Of a stretch of 64,000 nucleotides of DNA, positions 48,804 through 60,393 are shown one piece after another. Position numbers and translations under genes: made by a program. How positions within the stretch are numbered: the first letter of the stretch is position 1; the number at the start of each line of letters is the position of its first letter. The DNA comes from Mobula birostris (taxonomy: Eukaryota), in contig NC_092382.1 of NCBI RefSeq assembly GCF_030028105.1, positions 99,340,699-99,404,698 on the forward strand. Direction: 5' to 3'. The notes below the pieces were generated by a model. The model was not told the DNA's origin. It ran no database searches and was given only the letters and a program-made list of their open reading frames with translations.

Positions 48804-50463
48804 ACTATAGTGTGGGAAAGATTCAGCCTGCCGCTGATTGTGGTGGTGATCCCGCGTAAGTTAAAATCACAGGTTTATGGGAAGGGGGTTGTAGAATGCT
48901 TTTTGTGGAATGACGTACTGCAGCATCGGACGTGGTTAGGGTTGGTAGATTTCCTCATCAAGCTGTCTCCGTTGCAACTCATGGCCCGACAACGTCTGAA
49001 CACTTATAAATGATTGCCGCGCTTGTCAGACTGTCCCACTGTGGAATAAGGCATTCAAAGGACGGGTTTCCCACAGTTTCGCTTTTCAGTTTGGAAAAGG
49101 ACCTCGGGGGTTTCTCGGAGGGTGCATAAGGCTCTATCCAAACTTTGTTCCAAACTTAAAAGCGGAAGAAAAGCTAGTATGCTCAACGGATATTTAACAC
49201 CAATTCCAAACTGCGGTGCACTGCGTTTCGTTTTGCCTGACTTGGAGTGCGCGTGTGTCAGTGTTACTCTGCGTTTCGCATGTTTCACTGGGGGCTAAAT
49301 GCTTGGAGTTGATCGCAGAGTGGCCAGTGTCTCTCGGGAGCGTCAGTCCCTTCTTTGTAAACACTGTTACGTGTCAAAGTAATGAGTGAGAGAGTGAGAG
49401 ACAGAGAGAACGATAGAGAGAGAGAGAGAGAGAGGAATGAGGGAAAGAGAGTGAGAAAGGGACAGAATGGTTATTCAGCTCAGCAGAGTTGGACTAGTCT
49501 GCTCTACCGGATCTGTTCCACCATTCAACCGTGGTCAGCGGGGGAGCATGGTGTTTCGCGCCCAGGACACGGCGCGCAATTGTGTGAATCGTTGAATCAA
49601 TCGAAGAGTGGCCACGGTCCTTCGAGATCGCGAGCCCTTCCTTCTGTCTGGCCTCCGCGCACTTTGAACTGCAATTTCAATACATTAAAATTCAAGCAAC
49701 ACACATCTAAATTGCTGGTGAACGCAGCAGGCCAGGCAGCATCTCTAGGAGGAGGTACAGTCGACGTTTCAGGCCGAGACCCTTCGTCAGGACTAACTGA
49801 AGGAAGAGTTAGTAAGATGTTTTGAAAGTGCGAGGGGGAGGGGGAGATCCAAAATGATAGGAGAAGACAGGATTGGTAAGGATGGAGCCAAGAGCTGGAC
49901 AGGTGATTGGAAAAAAGGATATGAGAAGATCATGGGACAGGAGGTCCAGGGAGAAAGACAAGGGGGGGACCAGAGGATGGGCAAGGGGTATAGTTAGAGG
50001 GACAGAGGGAGAAAAAGGAGAGAGAGGGAAAGAATGTGTGTATACAAATAAATAACAGATGGGGTACGAGGGGGAGGTGTGGCATTAGCGGAAGTTAGAG
50101 AAGTCGATGTTCATGCCATCAGGTTGGAGGCTACCCAGAGATTAAGGTTCAATAGGTTTCTGTTTTACAGGGGTTCTGCCCACGTACCTGAAACAGTCGC
50201 CTTCCTCTCTATCAGTCACAGAGGGAGAGGCAGCCAACGTCTACTGTACGCTGACGAATACGGGCTATAATGTTATGTATTGGCACAGACAGCGTTCCGA
50301 TCGGGCAATGGATGCTCTCTTCTATTCAGCTGTGCATGGTTCCGTTACGAACTACACATCCGATTCCTACACAGCGACAAGATCCAGCAGCACTCTGCTT
50401 AAACTGGAGCTCAGTCGGGCATCGGCCTCCCTGCCACCGTTTACTACTGCGCTTGTAATAGCG
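48804..50463 (+). pseudogene. TRBV pseudogene (VEQSP/CAC family)
   Basis: Leader 48804-48855 with ATG ATG>ACT ATA. V exon 50171-50463: VLPTYLKQSP...YCTLTNTGYNVMYWHRQ... with a 1-nt deletion in FR3 before YYCACNS. Retroelement in the intron. Confidence 0.9.
49690..50140 (-). mobile_element. Penelope-like element 3' fragment (GIY-YIG C-terminus) in V intron
   Basis: Minus strand reads LGSLQPDGMNIDFSNFR*; shares its terminal segment with the insertion at 33917. Confidence 0.7.
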
Positions 50464-50502
50464 CACAGAACCTGAGATAACGAGTCTCCCACTACAAAAA
50501 TC
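50464..50502 (+). other. 23-RSS of pseudogene
   Basis: CACAGAA, 23 bp, ACAAAAATC. Confidence 0.88.
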
Positions 50503-51486
50503 TTCCAGCCGATCAGAGGGAAGTTTGAACGTTCCTCTTCCACCGCACGGCGGCAGCACCGAGCTGTATTAGACTGCTCCTTTCTATCCCGAACGGGCAG
50601 CGCTCGGCTGGCTTTCCGCCGGTGTTTCAGTTTCCTCAGGGATCACAAAGACAAGCGTTCCATTTGGATGCGTAACTGCTCCACATCAGCTCTGCATTTG
50701 ACAGCAAGATACTCCAGGGAGACGTTCACATGCCCCAGCACAGCGTGGAAACATCTCTCTGTCTGTACATCTGGTTAGCTCCGTAAAATAACGAGCGTAA
50801 TCAAAGATCCCAGCCACCACTCGAGCAGCTTCTCTCTCGTTTGACTTCCGACTCTGAAACAGGCCGTTTGTACGATCTCAGGCTGCAATAATGTAGACTC
50901 TTCCCATCAGAAACTGTCTAATTATGATCTTCGTTCTTTCTTTAGCTAGACACTTGTGGCCATAATAAACTAATATAATAATTTACCTTGTTCTCCCTCA
51001 ATCCACAGTGCGAAGCAATTTGACGCTCTAACTTGCTCTTCAAGTGTAGGTAGGTCAGCAATATTTTTTTTATCGCCGATCGGTGTCCGATGATTTGCGA
51101 GAACTCAAAAGTTATGTGTTGCTGCAGAGTTCAGAGTCCGAAGTAAAATTCTAATCAAAACAGGAACGCGGCACGAGCTACCCTGAGGTTAAATTTCTGG
51201 ACAATTACAGCACATACGATGAAAGATAACAATAAAGTCCATGGAAACTCAGGCACAAAGATGGACAAACAGTATGCAAATGAAGGCAAAATGTGCAAAG
51301 ACATATTAAGCAAAAAACAATAAGTGTGGAAGTAATAAATATTATTGAGATCACAGTGGGTGAAAATCTTGAAAAAGATCACCTGGGTTTTCAAATAGTT
51401 CAACGTTAAGGTGGGTGAAGTTGTCAACACCAAGCGAAGAGCCCGAACCTGCGGGGAAACGTCACTCACCTCAACACTGAACGAAA

Positions 51487-51498
51487 CAAGATGGCGGC
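51487..51498 (+). promoter_or_regulatory. YY1-type motif
   Basis: CAAGATGGCGGC, exact consensus, about 400 bp upstream of the leader at 51898. Confidence 0.4.
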
Positions 51499-51768
51499 TA
51501 CACGCCGCCTTGCTGTGCGTTATGGCGAAGGGCCATTACTTTCTGCCATAGAAGCAATTCCCCTATCAGCGAATCCCAAGTAACTGAATTGAATCTCTAA
51601 TCTCGTAATATATTCGTTTCATTCGGGTGAATTTACCGATTATTTGAAACCTGCTTCCCTTGGACATGTGCCTCCCAGCTTGGAATTATCCAGCCCCTTC
51701 TTGAGGGGATCTCGACTCTCCTCGCCAGCTTGTCAGCACTGCTTTGAGCTCCAAAGAGGGATATCGCT

Positions 51769-51800
51769 GCGGAAGTGACGCAATTGGCAGGGAGCCAATG
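51769..51800 (+). promoter_or_regulatory. ETS/CRE composite plus CCAAT box
   Basis: GCGGAAGTGACGCAA...GCCAAT about 115-130 bp upstream of the ATG at 51898. Confidence 0.65.
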
Positions 51801-51897
51801 GGAGAATTGCTTTATCTGGCCCGGCGGTGAGTCTTCCCCGTGGATTGATACTGAGCTTCACTCGATTCCACACAGCGGAAGTATCCTCACCCTGTAA

Positions 51898-52837
51898 ATG
51901 ATGCTGAGGGACTGGCTTTGCCTTCCGCTGATCGTGGCGATGATCCCGCGTAAGTTAAAATCACAGGTCTGGGGTAACGGGGTGTAGAATGCCCTCTGTC
52001 CAACTACATTGTGCAGTGTCGGATGCGGTTGCTTGATAGATATTCTCCTCATGAGGCCGATGATTTGATGCCTCCCTTTCAGCTCATTAGCCAAATGACA
52101 AAACGTTTTCTGACAGGTAAATCTTTACCGCGCTTGTCAGAGCGACCGAGTGTGGGGTCCTTCAGTTCTCTCACCTGGCTCTGAGGGGGTGCTATGGGTG
52201 TCTCATCTCACAGTAGTTCATTGTATTGATCGCAGAGCGACCGGTGTCTTTCGGGAGTACAATCCCCTTCTCCGCAGACATTTTGGGTGCGTGTCAGTGC
52301 TACAAGAAAGAGAAAGGGAGAGAGAGAGCTCGTTTGAGTTAGACTATTCAGCCCATCGAAACTGTTCCACCATTCGGCCAGGGTCATCGGGTGAGGATCG
52401 CATAGCACGCCGATCTGCAGGTTAATCGGAGAGTGGCCGTGGTCTGCCGATCACACCAAACTCTTCCATGTGTCTAGCTTTCGCGCTCTTTCATGATCAA
52501 TTCGGATAAATTGACAGAGTCTAATCTCAATTCTGTCCTACAGGGATTCTGACCGCCTACGTGGAGCAGTCGCTTTCCTCCCTGACAGTCCCGGAGGGAG
52601 AGACGGCAACTCTCTCGTGTACGCTGCTGAATACAGTCTATACAAACATGTACTGGTACCGACAGCGGTCCGGCCGGGCAATAGATGTTCTATTCTATTC
52701 TGCTGGGCAAAATTCAGCTATGAATTACACATCTGATTCCTACGCGGCGACAAGGCCCAGCAGCACTCTGTTTAAACTGGAGCTGAGACAAGCATCGTCC
52801 TCCCACTCCGCCGTCTACTTCTGCGCGTGTAATAGCG
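51898..52837 (+). CDS. TRBV: TCR beta V segment (VEQSP/CAC family), intact
   Basis: Leader 51898-51949 (MMLRDWLCLPLIVAMIP|GTAAG). V exon 52544-52837: ILTAYVEQSL...SCTLLNTVYTNMYWYRQRSG...SHSAVYFCACNS. Confidence 0.88.
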
Positions 52838-52876
52838 CACAGAACTTGAAATAACGAGTCTCCCTGTACAAAAACT
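52838..52876 (+). other. 23-RSS
   Basis: CACAGAA, 23 bp, ACAAAAACT. Confidence 0.9.
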
Positions 52877-52915
52877 GTCGAGCCAATCGCAGCGAGCTTC
52901 AATGATCCTGTTGCG

Positions 52916-52929
52916 CCTCTAGGTGGTAG
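52916..52929 (+). promoter_or_regulatory. RSS-proximal CTCF-type motif
   Basis: CCTCTAGGTGGTAG, 39 bp after the nonamer. Confidence 0.6.
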
Positions 52930-54116
52930 CACGCGATTGTCTTTCCCTCTTCTGTCTCCTACGGGGAACAGGCCTGCATATCTCGGGTATAACATACAGA
53001 AGCATAGCGGCTTGTTATTGGCTCTGCTCTGCAATTAAAGGAAAGAATATCGAGAGATGTACAGAGCTGAGTTGATCAGATATCTGTCGACACAGCCCGT
53101 TACCTCAGCCAAGTAGCCAGCATAACAAAGGCTCTCTGCTGCTGTTTCCGACTCTTCTGCGAGGGGATGTTTTGATAATGTGCTCTCCTGACCTTACTAT
53201 GCAGTTCCCTGTGGTCTTGTTCACCTGCACTGCATTTTTTCTCTGTCACTGTTAAACTTTACAGCTGAACCTTGTTCTGCATCAGTGCGCTGTGTCATTA
53301 TTTGACCGGTGTGAATGTGATGGAGGAGGATTCTTTCACTGAAGCTCGATACATTTACGTTGTTCCATCTGAATGCACCGTGTAATAAATTGATCTCTCA
53401 TCACTGCATAACTGCTTCGGCAGGTCAGTGCACGTTTCTGTTCAAACCAGCATACCAACTGCCTTCGTTGCCTGCCTCATTGCTCCCGTATCACCGTAGC
53501 TTCCCCATCAACCCACAACGATTTCCCTGTGATTTCTATTCTGGCTTTGAGCATGAGTGTGTGTCGGATCATGGTTAACACAAATGCAATATGAGTAATT
53601 CAAGAAGATAGGTGTACGGATAGATAGATAGATATCCAGTAAAACAGTCAGGCAAACATACAGACCTGGCAGCAAAATATCGTGTGCTGGTGTTCCCCCG
53701 GACACAGCCCATGATCTCTTCCTCCTTGAGATGATTTATTCCACTGTCGTCACTGGTATTTGGGATCATATTACTTAGACTTTCACTGTCGTCCGCCCTT
53801 CCTTACATGCCTTTCGTTTGTTCGTACAACTAATGCTCTGTTTTGCTTGCCCTGGGTTCATCTGCCTCTCAAGCACGTCTGCCTCCCAGCTTCGAATCAT
53901 ATAAACGTATCTGCATGGCATGAACTCATCTCGGGCCTCGTCGTCAGCTTCACCACAATGTCAACCGGCCAAAGGGGGCAAGGCGCCGAGGGAGTGCGGT
54001 TATTGGCACAGAAGCATCGGTAAACCAGTCCGCTTTTTCAGACCACGCCGATAAACTTGAACGTGAGAGCTGATACTGAGCTTCACACGATTACACATAA
54101 ATATCGTGCCCTGGAG

Positions 54117-54168
54117 ATGATGTTGTGGTGGACGTTTTGCCTCCCGCTGATTGCGGCGATGTTCCCGA
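54117..54168 (+). pseudogene. Orphan leader exon (V exon lost)
   Basis: MMLWWTFCLPLIAAMFP|GTAAG with a family-type promoter and intron start; homology ends at about 54700 in repeat debris. Confidence 0.8.
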
Positions 54169-55089
54169 GTAAGGTGACATCACAGATGGTGGGGAAGCAG
54201 GTGTAAAATGTCCTTTGCAAGCGGAAATAGTGCAGCATCTGACGTGATTAGGCTTTATAGATATCCGCGTCATGACGCAAAAGATTTGAGGACTCTCCTT
54301 CAACCATCGAGCCTGATGACGAAGTGTCTTATCACTGATAAGCGGTTTCCGCGCATGTCAGATTGCCCCAGGGTGAGATAGGGCATTGAATTCACGGATA
54401 TTCCTGAGTTCCTCTACGATACCTGTAAGAGGAGCTCGGGGGTTCTCGTTTTTTTTTTACGAGAGATTATGCGTCAAAAGTAAATGCGGATCAAATGCGA
54501 ATATGCTCTTCAGCATTTTACCCCAATTCCTCACTTGTTGAATGCATCTCGTGTTTGTCTAAATTAGGGTACGGATGTGTCGGTGCCATCGTGTTATAGC
54601 CGGAGATGTAATTGGGGACAGCTCCCGCGTCGTATTCAATTCTCCACATGTTATGCGCTTCGAATACCCTCTGACAACCTAGTCCAGGTCCTGGTCTTCA
54701 CATGTGGCTGAGCGATTATGCCAGGAGAATCTGTCTCTGCTGACATGAGAAGGGAAGAATGGCGGGATACTGGCGCCTTAAAACCAGTCGCTTCGGGCAG
54801 ATGGGGCTAGTCAGCCGCGGTTGGCATTTCATCTTGGGGAAGGAAAACTCTGATCTCAAACCTCCGCTGCTTTGCGACTGTACCCATCCATGGGGAGGGT
54901 TTCAGTAGTGATTCCCCGGGGACAAATCCGGAGCTGCAGCCCCTAAATTAATCCTCTGTCGAATTTAAAGTTGACTGGCAGCTCCTGGGACGCCGGAGGT
55001 ACCGAAATATACCTGTCTCTGTGGGGAAACTTGCTACATGGGCAACAACTTGCTCTCCATAACATACTGACCGGGATTGCGTGTAGAGA

Positions 55090-55220
55090 TAGAGCATAGA
55101 ACATAGAACATAGAATAGTACAGCACAGTACAGGCCCTTCGGCCCACAATGTTGTGCCGACCCTCAAACTCTGCCTCCTATATAAGCCCCCAACTTAGAT
55201 TCCTCCATATGCCTGTGTAT
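55090..55220 (-). mobile_element. CR1 3' UTR fragment
   Basis: Reverse complement of the 3' end of the CR1 at about 9680-9790; (ATAGAAC)n tail. Confidence 0.85.
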
Positions 55221-55339
55221 GACGCAGCACCCATAGTCGACCATGCACGAACGGGGTCTCGCTCTCTGACTCACTCGTCCTGCATGGATGCTATCTGACC
55301 TTCTGGAGTCCTCCAGCATTTATGTCTTTTGATAGATAG

Positions 55340-55353
55340 ATAAAGAGAGAGAG

Positions 55354-55412
<59 letters not shown>

Positions 55413-55420
55413 TGAGAGAG
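55340..55420. repeat. (GA)n microsatellite
   Basis: Direct reading. Confidence 0.95.
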
Positions 55421-55704
55421 ATCTGAAGATTTTGTGTTTTTTTTTCATTGGTGGTAGATGATGTAGGTCTGATGCGTTAACCAATTGTATTTCCTATGTA
55501 TGTTTGTTCAACTGTAACCGAAACTTTCGTTCGATATCGGCTTCTGAACTGTAATAACCTTCGTGGTAAGACGCGCAGGGAGTGACGCCTTCAACAAAGG
55601 GCCAATGGGATTTCCGTAATCAGATAGGAGACAACGCGTTTCTTCTGAATACCGGCATTGCGCTGCACTCGATGACAAAGTGAGCCGGTATCTCTTTAGA
55701 GTGG

Positions 55705-56594
55705 ATGATGGCTTGTGTAACGCCTTGCATCCTCCTGATTTTGCCGTTGATACCAAGTAAGTCAAACCATCACAGATCCACGAAAAGCGGTGTGGTTTTT
55801 CTGTTAGACTTATGCAGTGCGGCATTTTCCTTCCTTCAGCTCGGTAGAGGGTATCAAATTTGAAATCCCCTCCCGATCTCATGTTCCAAAATGGAAAGAT
55901 CAGACCACTGATGACAGCCGGTACGTTGGGTTTCGGAATTGAAATGACGTCCTCTCCAGTGGACAGGTCTGAACGTGGAAGTGGTGACATGTATGTCTGT
56001 GCTGCACTGAGGGGGCTGAGGTACTGATACTAAATACGGATCAAATGCCAGCAAGCTGTCCAGTTTTCCGGTTCAATTCCCCAATCTGGTCCAATGGCGG
56101 CTGATATGGCCCACGGAGCCGTTCACCACTGTGACATTTCTCGCACGTTACTTACTAGTGATTGGATATCATCCCGTTGGGTTTTGCTGAGGGTGGCCAA
56201 AGGATTTTAGATACACGGGTTCCTTCTTTTTGAACATTTTAAACAATATCTGGTTGACTATTGAGATTAATTAGAGACTGATTGAATTCCTTTCTTGCAG
56301 CGATTCTGGCGGCTTACGTGCAGCAGTCGTCTTCCTCCCTGTCAATTGGAGAGGAAAAGTCGGCCAGCATCTGGTGTACGCTGCTAAATACGGGATATCC
56401 AGCCATGCTTTGGTACAGACAGCGATCGGATCGGACCATAGATGCTCTCTTCTATTCTGCTGGGCAAGGTCAGTCTATGAACTACACATCCGATTCCTAC
56501 ACGGCGACAAGGCCCAGCAGCACTCTGTTTAAATTGGAACTGGGCCGGGCATCGGCCTCCCACGGCGCCGTCTACTACTGCGCTTGTAGTAGCG
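55705..56594 (+). CDS. TRBV: TCR beta V segment (VEQSP/CAC family), intact
   Basis: Leader 55705-55756 (MMACVTPCILLILPLIP|GTAAG). V exon 56301-56594: ILAAYVQQSS...WCTLLNTGYPAMLWYRQ...SHGAVYYCACSS. Confidence 0.87.
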
Positions 56595-56633
56595 CACAGA
56601 GCTTCAGATAACGAGTCTCCCACTACAAAAATC
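56595..56633 (+). other. 23-RSS
   Basis: CACAGAG, 23 bp, ACAAAAATC. Confidence 0.9.
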
Positions 56634-56672
56634 TTCCAGCTGATTGCAGGCAGGTTCAGAGTTCCTTTTGTA

Positions 56673-56686
56673 CCAGCAGGTGGCAG
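56673..56686 (+). promoter_or_regulatory. RSS-proximal CTCF-type motif
   Basis: CCAGCAGGTGGCAG (full consensus), 39 bp after the nonamer. Confidence 0.7.
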
Positions 56687-58085
56687 CACAGGACTGGTTG
56701 GCGTTCTCTCCTGCTCCAATAACGGTCGATATCACCAGGACAAGAATTCTACCTGATATGGCAACTGCTCTACAGTTACCAGCAAGAAACTCCAGAAAAC
56801 AATACGTCCGCACAGCTCAGCGGATCTTGGAAACGTCCCCTCGCTAACATCTCCTTCTGTCAGAAGAACAAAGACGCCAGCCACCAGTCGGTCAGAAGAC
56901 TCAAGATCTGAATATACATACTAACAGTCGCAAAGCAAACCTTTTCTCCCGCTGTTATTCAACTCTCGAGTGGCCCATTTTCTACGGTGCGATGGTACAG
57001 AAATGTGGGCCGCTGACGTCACAATGAACCTCGTTTTGGTCCTGTACGTCAGTTCTGCTTTCTCTCGGCAGCTCTTAAACTTTATTGTCGTGCCTTATTC
57101 TACATCAGTGCACCGTGTGCTGATTGTATATCTGTGAACAAGCTTATCACTGCATCTTGTTACAGGTGACAGTAGCAAGTCAATGTCAATACCAGCACCG
57201 ATACCCTCCAGAGCTGCTGACTGACCCGCTAAGTTTCTGCACTAAGTTGACGGTGACACCAAACTGAGTGGAAAAGCAAATTGTCACGGCTGAACACATG
57301 AAGCCACACCCCTCAACCGTACGTTAGAATAATACCGAATATCTTAGTCATCACCGCGCTCTTTACGAGCAATGTGCTATGAAGTGGGAGACCGTGGTCT
57401 ACCCAGGACCATGATTAATCCTGCTAATTGTTTCTACAGAAGTGCTTTCCCTTTGTTTTATTCTTGGCAGTGTCTTTCCGAAACATTTTACCCCAGCCAT
57501 TTCCAATCGTCATTAGAGATGTTCTGCCTGATATTAGTGGTTGTTCAAATAGAAACTGATAGACGAGCAATCCACCGCCTGTTCCCAATGCTTCACGGGA
57601 CACCGATCGGAATTCATTCAGTTGCGACACCTTGCCTAAGGGTGCCCTGTATTCTAGCGGAGGGAAGGAGCGCCTTAGACTTCCTTTGGAAGAGACTCAC
57701 CTCCTTTCGTCACCCACAGTACCGTGGTATCATGTGGAACACACGTTGGAGTTAAACAAGAGGCCGCGGGATAACAGAACCGGATCGGTTGATGCGAATG
57801 GAAGCAGTCGCGCTTGAAGGTATTGTGCGATCAGGCGTGGATCAAACAGGCCGCTTGCTTTGAGGTTATGGCGAAGTGGGGAAGCCTTTCTGGCATCGAT
57901 ATGTTAACTGGTTGAAGCTTTATTCTGTTTGCATAGTCCCTGCCGTCGGGTACATTGACCAAACATGTTAAACCGGTTTACCACGAGTGTGCGCCTCCCA
58001 GTTTCAAATTTGCATTGCATGAACCCATCTCGGGCCTTGTCGTCAGTGCCACGAAAATAAAAAACGACCCAAGGTATTTACCGAG

Positions 58086-58100
58086 GCGGAAGTGACGTAA
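58086..58100 (+). promoter_or_regulatory. ETS/CRE composite (decamer-like)
   Basis: GCGGAAGTGACGTAA about 120 bp upstream of the ATG at 58217. Confidence 0.68.
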
Positions 58101-58216
58101 TCACGACAAAGACAGCGGGAATCTAGTTTCTTCACTGCACCAGACAGATAGACTTCCCTGAGAGCTGGTTCTGAGCTTCACTCGATCCACACAGAGGAAG
58201 AATCCTTATCCTGTAG

Positions 58217-59118
58217 ATGATGGTGCGGAGGACAATTTCCCTGCCGCTGATCGTGGTCATGATCCCACGTAAGTAAAAATCACAGATCTCGGGGAAAGGG
58301 GTGTTGAACGACCTTTGTGTAACGACATGGTTCAGCATTGGGCATGGTTACGCTTGGTAGATTTTCTCGACAAGAGGCCGAAGATTTGATGCCAACTTGG
58401 CAACTCATGAGCCGAATGAGAAAGCACCTTCCACTGATAAGCTTTCCCGCCCTGGTCGAACTGACCCAGTTGACATTGCGCGCTTCCTTCAGTTTCGCTA
58501 AACCTGGGAGATGATCTCGGGGTATCTCCGGGGATGAGTGGGGTTTTGCGTCAAAACTGAACGCGGACCAAGTGAGATTTGTACGATATTTAACCTCAGA
58601 ATCAAAGCGTTTCGAAGAATCTCAATTTGTCTGAATTGGAGTTCGTGTGTGTCAGGATGGTGTATCGCGCCTATGGCACGTCGCAGAATAATGCGAACCT
58701 TGGGGTTATCCTGAGAGTGGATGGCATATTTCGGGAAAGCCAGCCCCTTCCTTCTGTCTAGTTTACGCGCGCGCTGATCAACAACTGAGGGACATTGGAG
58801 ATTAATCGATTTTCTGCCTTACAGGGATTCTGGGCGCTTTCGTCGAGCAGTCGCCTTCCTCCTTGTCAATCGGAGAGGGTGAGACGGCTAGTGTCTCGTG
58901 TACGCTGTTGAAAACGGACTATACACCCATGTATTGGTACAGGCAGCGGTCCGACCAGGCAATAGATTGTCTCTTCTATTCTTTTGGACAAGGTTTGGTT
59001 ACGAACTACACATCCGATTCCTACACGGCCACAAGACCCAGCAGCACTCAGTTTAAACTGGAGCTGAGAAAAGCATCGCCCTCCCACTCTGCCATCTACT
59101 ACTGCGCTTGTAGTAGCG
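58217..59118 (+). CDS. TRBV: TCR beta V segment (VEQSP/CAC family), intact
   Basis: Leader 58217-58268 (MMVRRTISLPLIVVMIP|GTAAG). V exon 58825-59118: ILGAFVEQSPSSLSIGEGETASVSC...MYWYRQRSDQAIDCLFYS...SHSAIYYCACSS. Confidence 0.89.
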
Positions 59119-59157
59119 CACAGAACTTCAGATAACGAGTCTCCCACTACAAAAACC
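59119..59157 (+). other. 23-RSS
   Basis: CACAGAA, 23 bp, ACAAAAACC. Confidence 0.92.
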
Positions 59158-59196
59158 TTCCGGCCGAACGCAGGGAGGTTTCGCAGTTCTGTTGCA

Positions 59197-59210
59197 CCAC
59201 TAGGTGGCAG
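59197..59210 (+). promoter_or_regulatory. RSS-proximal CTCF-type motif
   Basis: CCACTAGGTGGCAG (full consensus), 39 bp after the nonamer; preceded by GCAGTTC, similar to the CTCF upstream motif. Confidence 0.7.
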
Positions 59211-59954
59211 CACAGGATTGTGTTTGACTGTTCCTTTCTGTCACGAGCCAACAACATTCAGCTGGCTCTTTTAAGATGCCCCAGCTGCATCAGATATCAC
59301 AAAGGCGAGAATTGCATTATGATGTGTAACTGCTCGATGTGGATAATGCACTGCAATTGAAGGCAAAAAAAACCGCAGAGAGACGCGCACCTGTCTCAGC
59401 ACATCGTGGATACCTGCTTCGCGCCTATCCATCTCGATAGCTCAGTAAAGCAACGAGCAAAACCAAAGATCCCATCCACCACTCGAGCAGTTTCTCACCC
59501 GCTGTAACTGGACCCTCGAACGGGCTACAGGATGGTGCAGTGACGTGCACTCCTGACGTCACAAACTACCCCATTAAGGTCGTGCTCACCTGCGCTGCAA
59601 TTTCTCCGTCGATTTTAAAGTATCTAGATGAACCTTATTCCACATCAATCCACAGTGTGTGATCTTTCGGGTGTGTGTGTGTGAGTGTGTGTGTGTGTCT
59701 GCACGCGCGCGCTGTCCGGTACCCCTGGATTCCCCCACTGAAACGGCACTGAATAAAATGTGGCTTTCGCTCTCTCCTTTCTGCTTTCGAATGACAGCTG
59801 AAGAAATGTGTACCGCTTACAACTGCACCGGAGGGTAAAGACGTCATCCGGCCTATCGGTTCCAGGCAATGATTCGGCAGCGATGTGTATGTCATCTGAA
59901 AGCAGCTCATGAACAACACTCCATCCCGAAGCCCGTCAGCTTCCACCCTGTGAA

Positions 59955-60393
59955 AGATTGGTGCGTGGAACACATTGTCCTGCGCTGATCGTGTCCTTGA
60001 TACCGCGTCAGTCAGCAAAACAGAGGTTCAGGGGGAAAAAAACTGGCGTGCACAGAACGAGCGATCAATTCCTGAGAAAAATAAGACTCTGAGAGAGTTT
60101 TTTTTTCAGCAGTCTGGTAAAGACTCTGGCTGTATACGTGTATCAGTTTACCCCTTCCCTGTCAGTTCGGTGGGGAAAGTCAAGCATCGCCCAATACGCG
60201 CTGTGGAGTACGGGTTATCCTCGGACATATTGGTGCAGACAGAAACCCGACCAGGCACGAAAAGCTATTCCGCTGGGAAATACATAGTTAACCGTTACAG
60301 GTCTCGGTTCTACAGGGCAACGAGAACCAGTAACATGTCGCTCAAACCGCCTTGCACTCTTGCTCCGCCATCTGATTCTGTGCCTCCGACAGT
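59955..60393 (+). pseudogene. Decayed V pseudogene (VEQSP/CAC family, short-intron type)
   Basis: Leader 59955-60006 with starts lost (AGA TTG ...LIVSLIP|GTCAG). Exon from about 60123: TLAVYVYQFTPSLSV...TGYPRTYWCRQKPDQ...YSAG...ATRTS...SAI*FCASDS, then AAAAACC. Confidence 0.75.

Noticed and set aside
54117-56594. Pairing the leader at 54117 with the V exon at 56301
   Set aside because: A closer homologous leader at 55705-55756 gives the family-typical intron of about 545 bp.
57014-59561. Perfect CREs TGACGTCA at 57014 and 59554
   Set aside because: They lie in a Rex1-like 3' UTR remnant, probably variants of repeat sequence. The one at 43058 has no supporting context.
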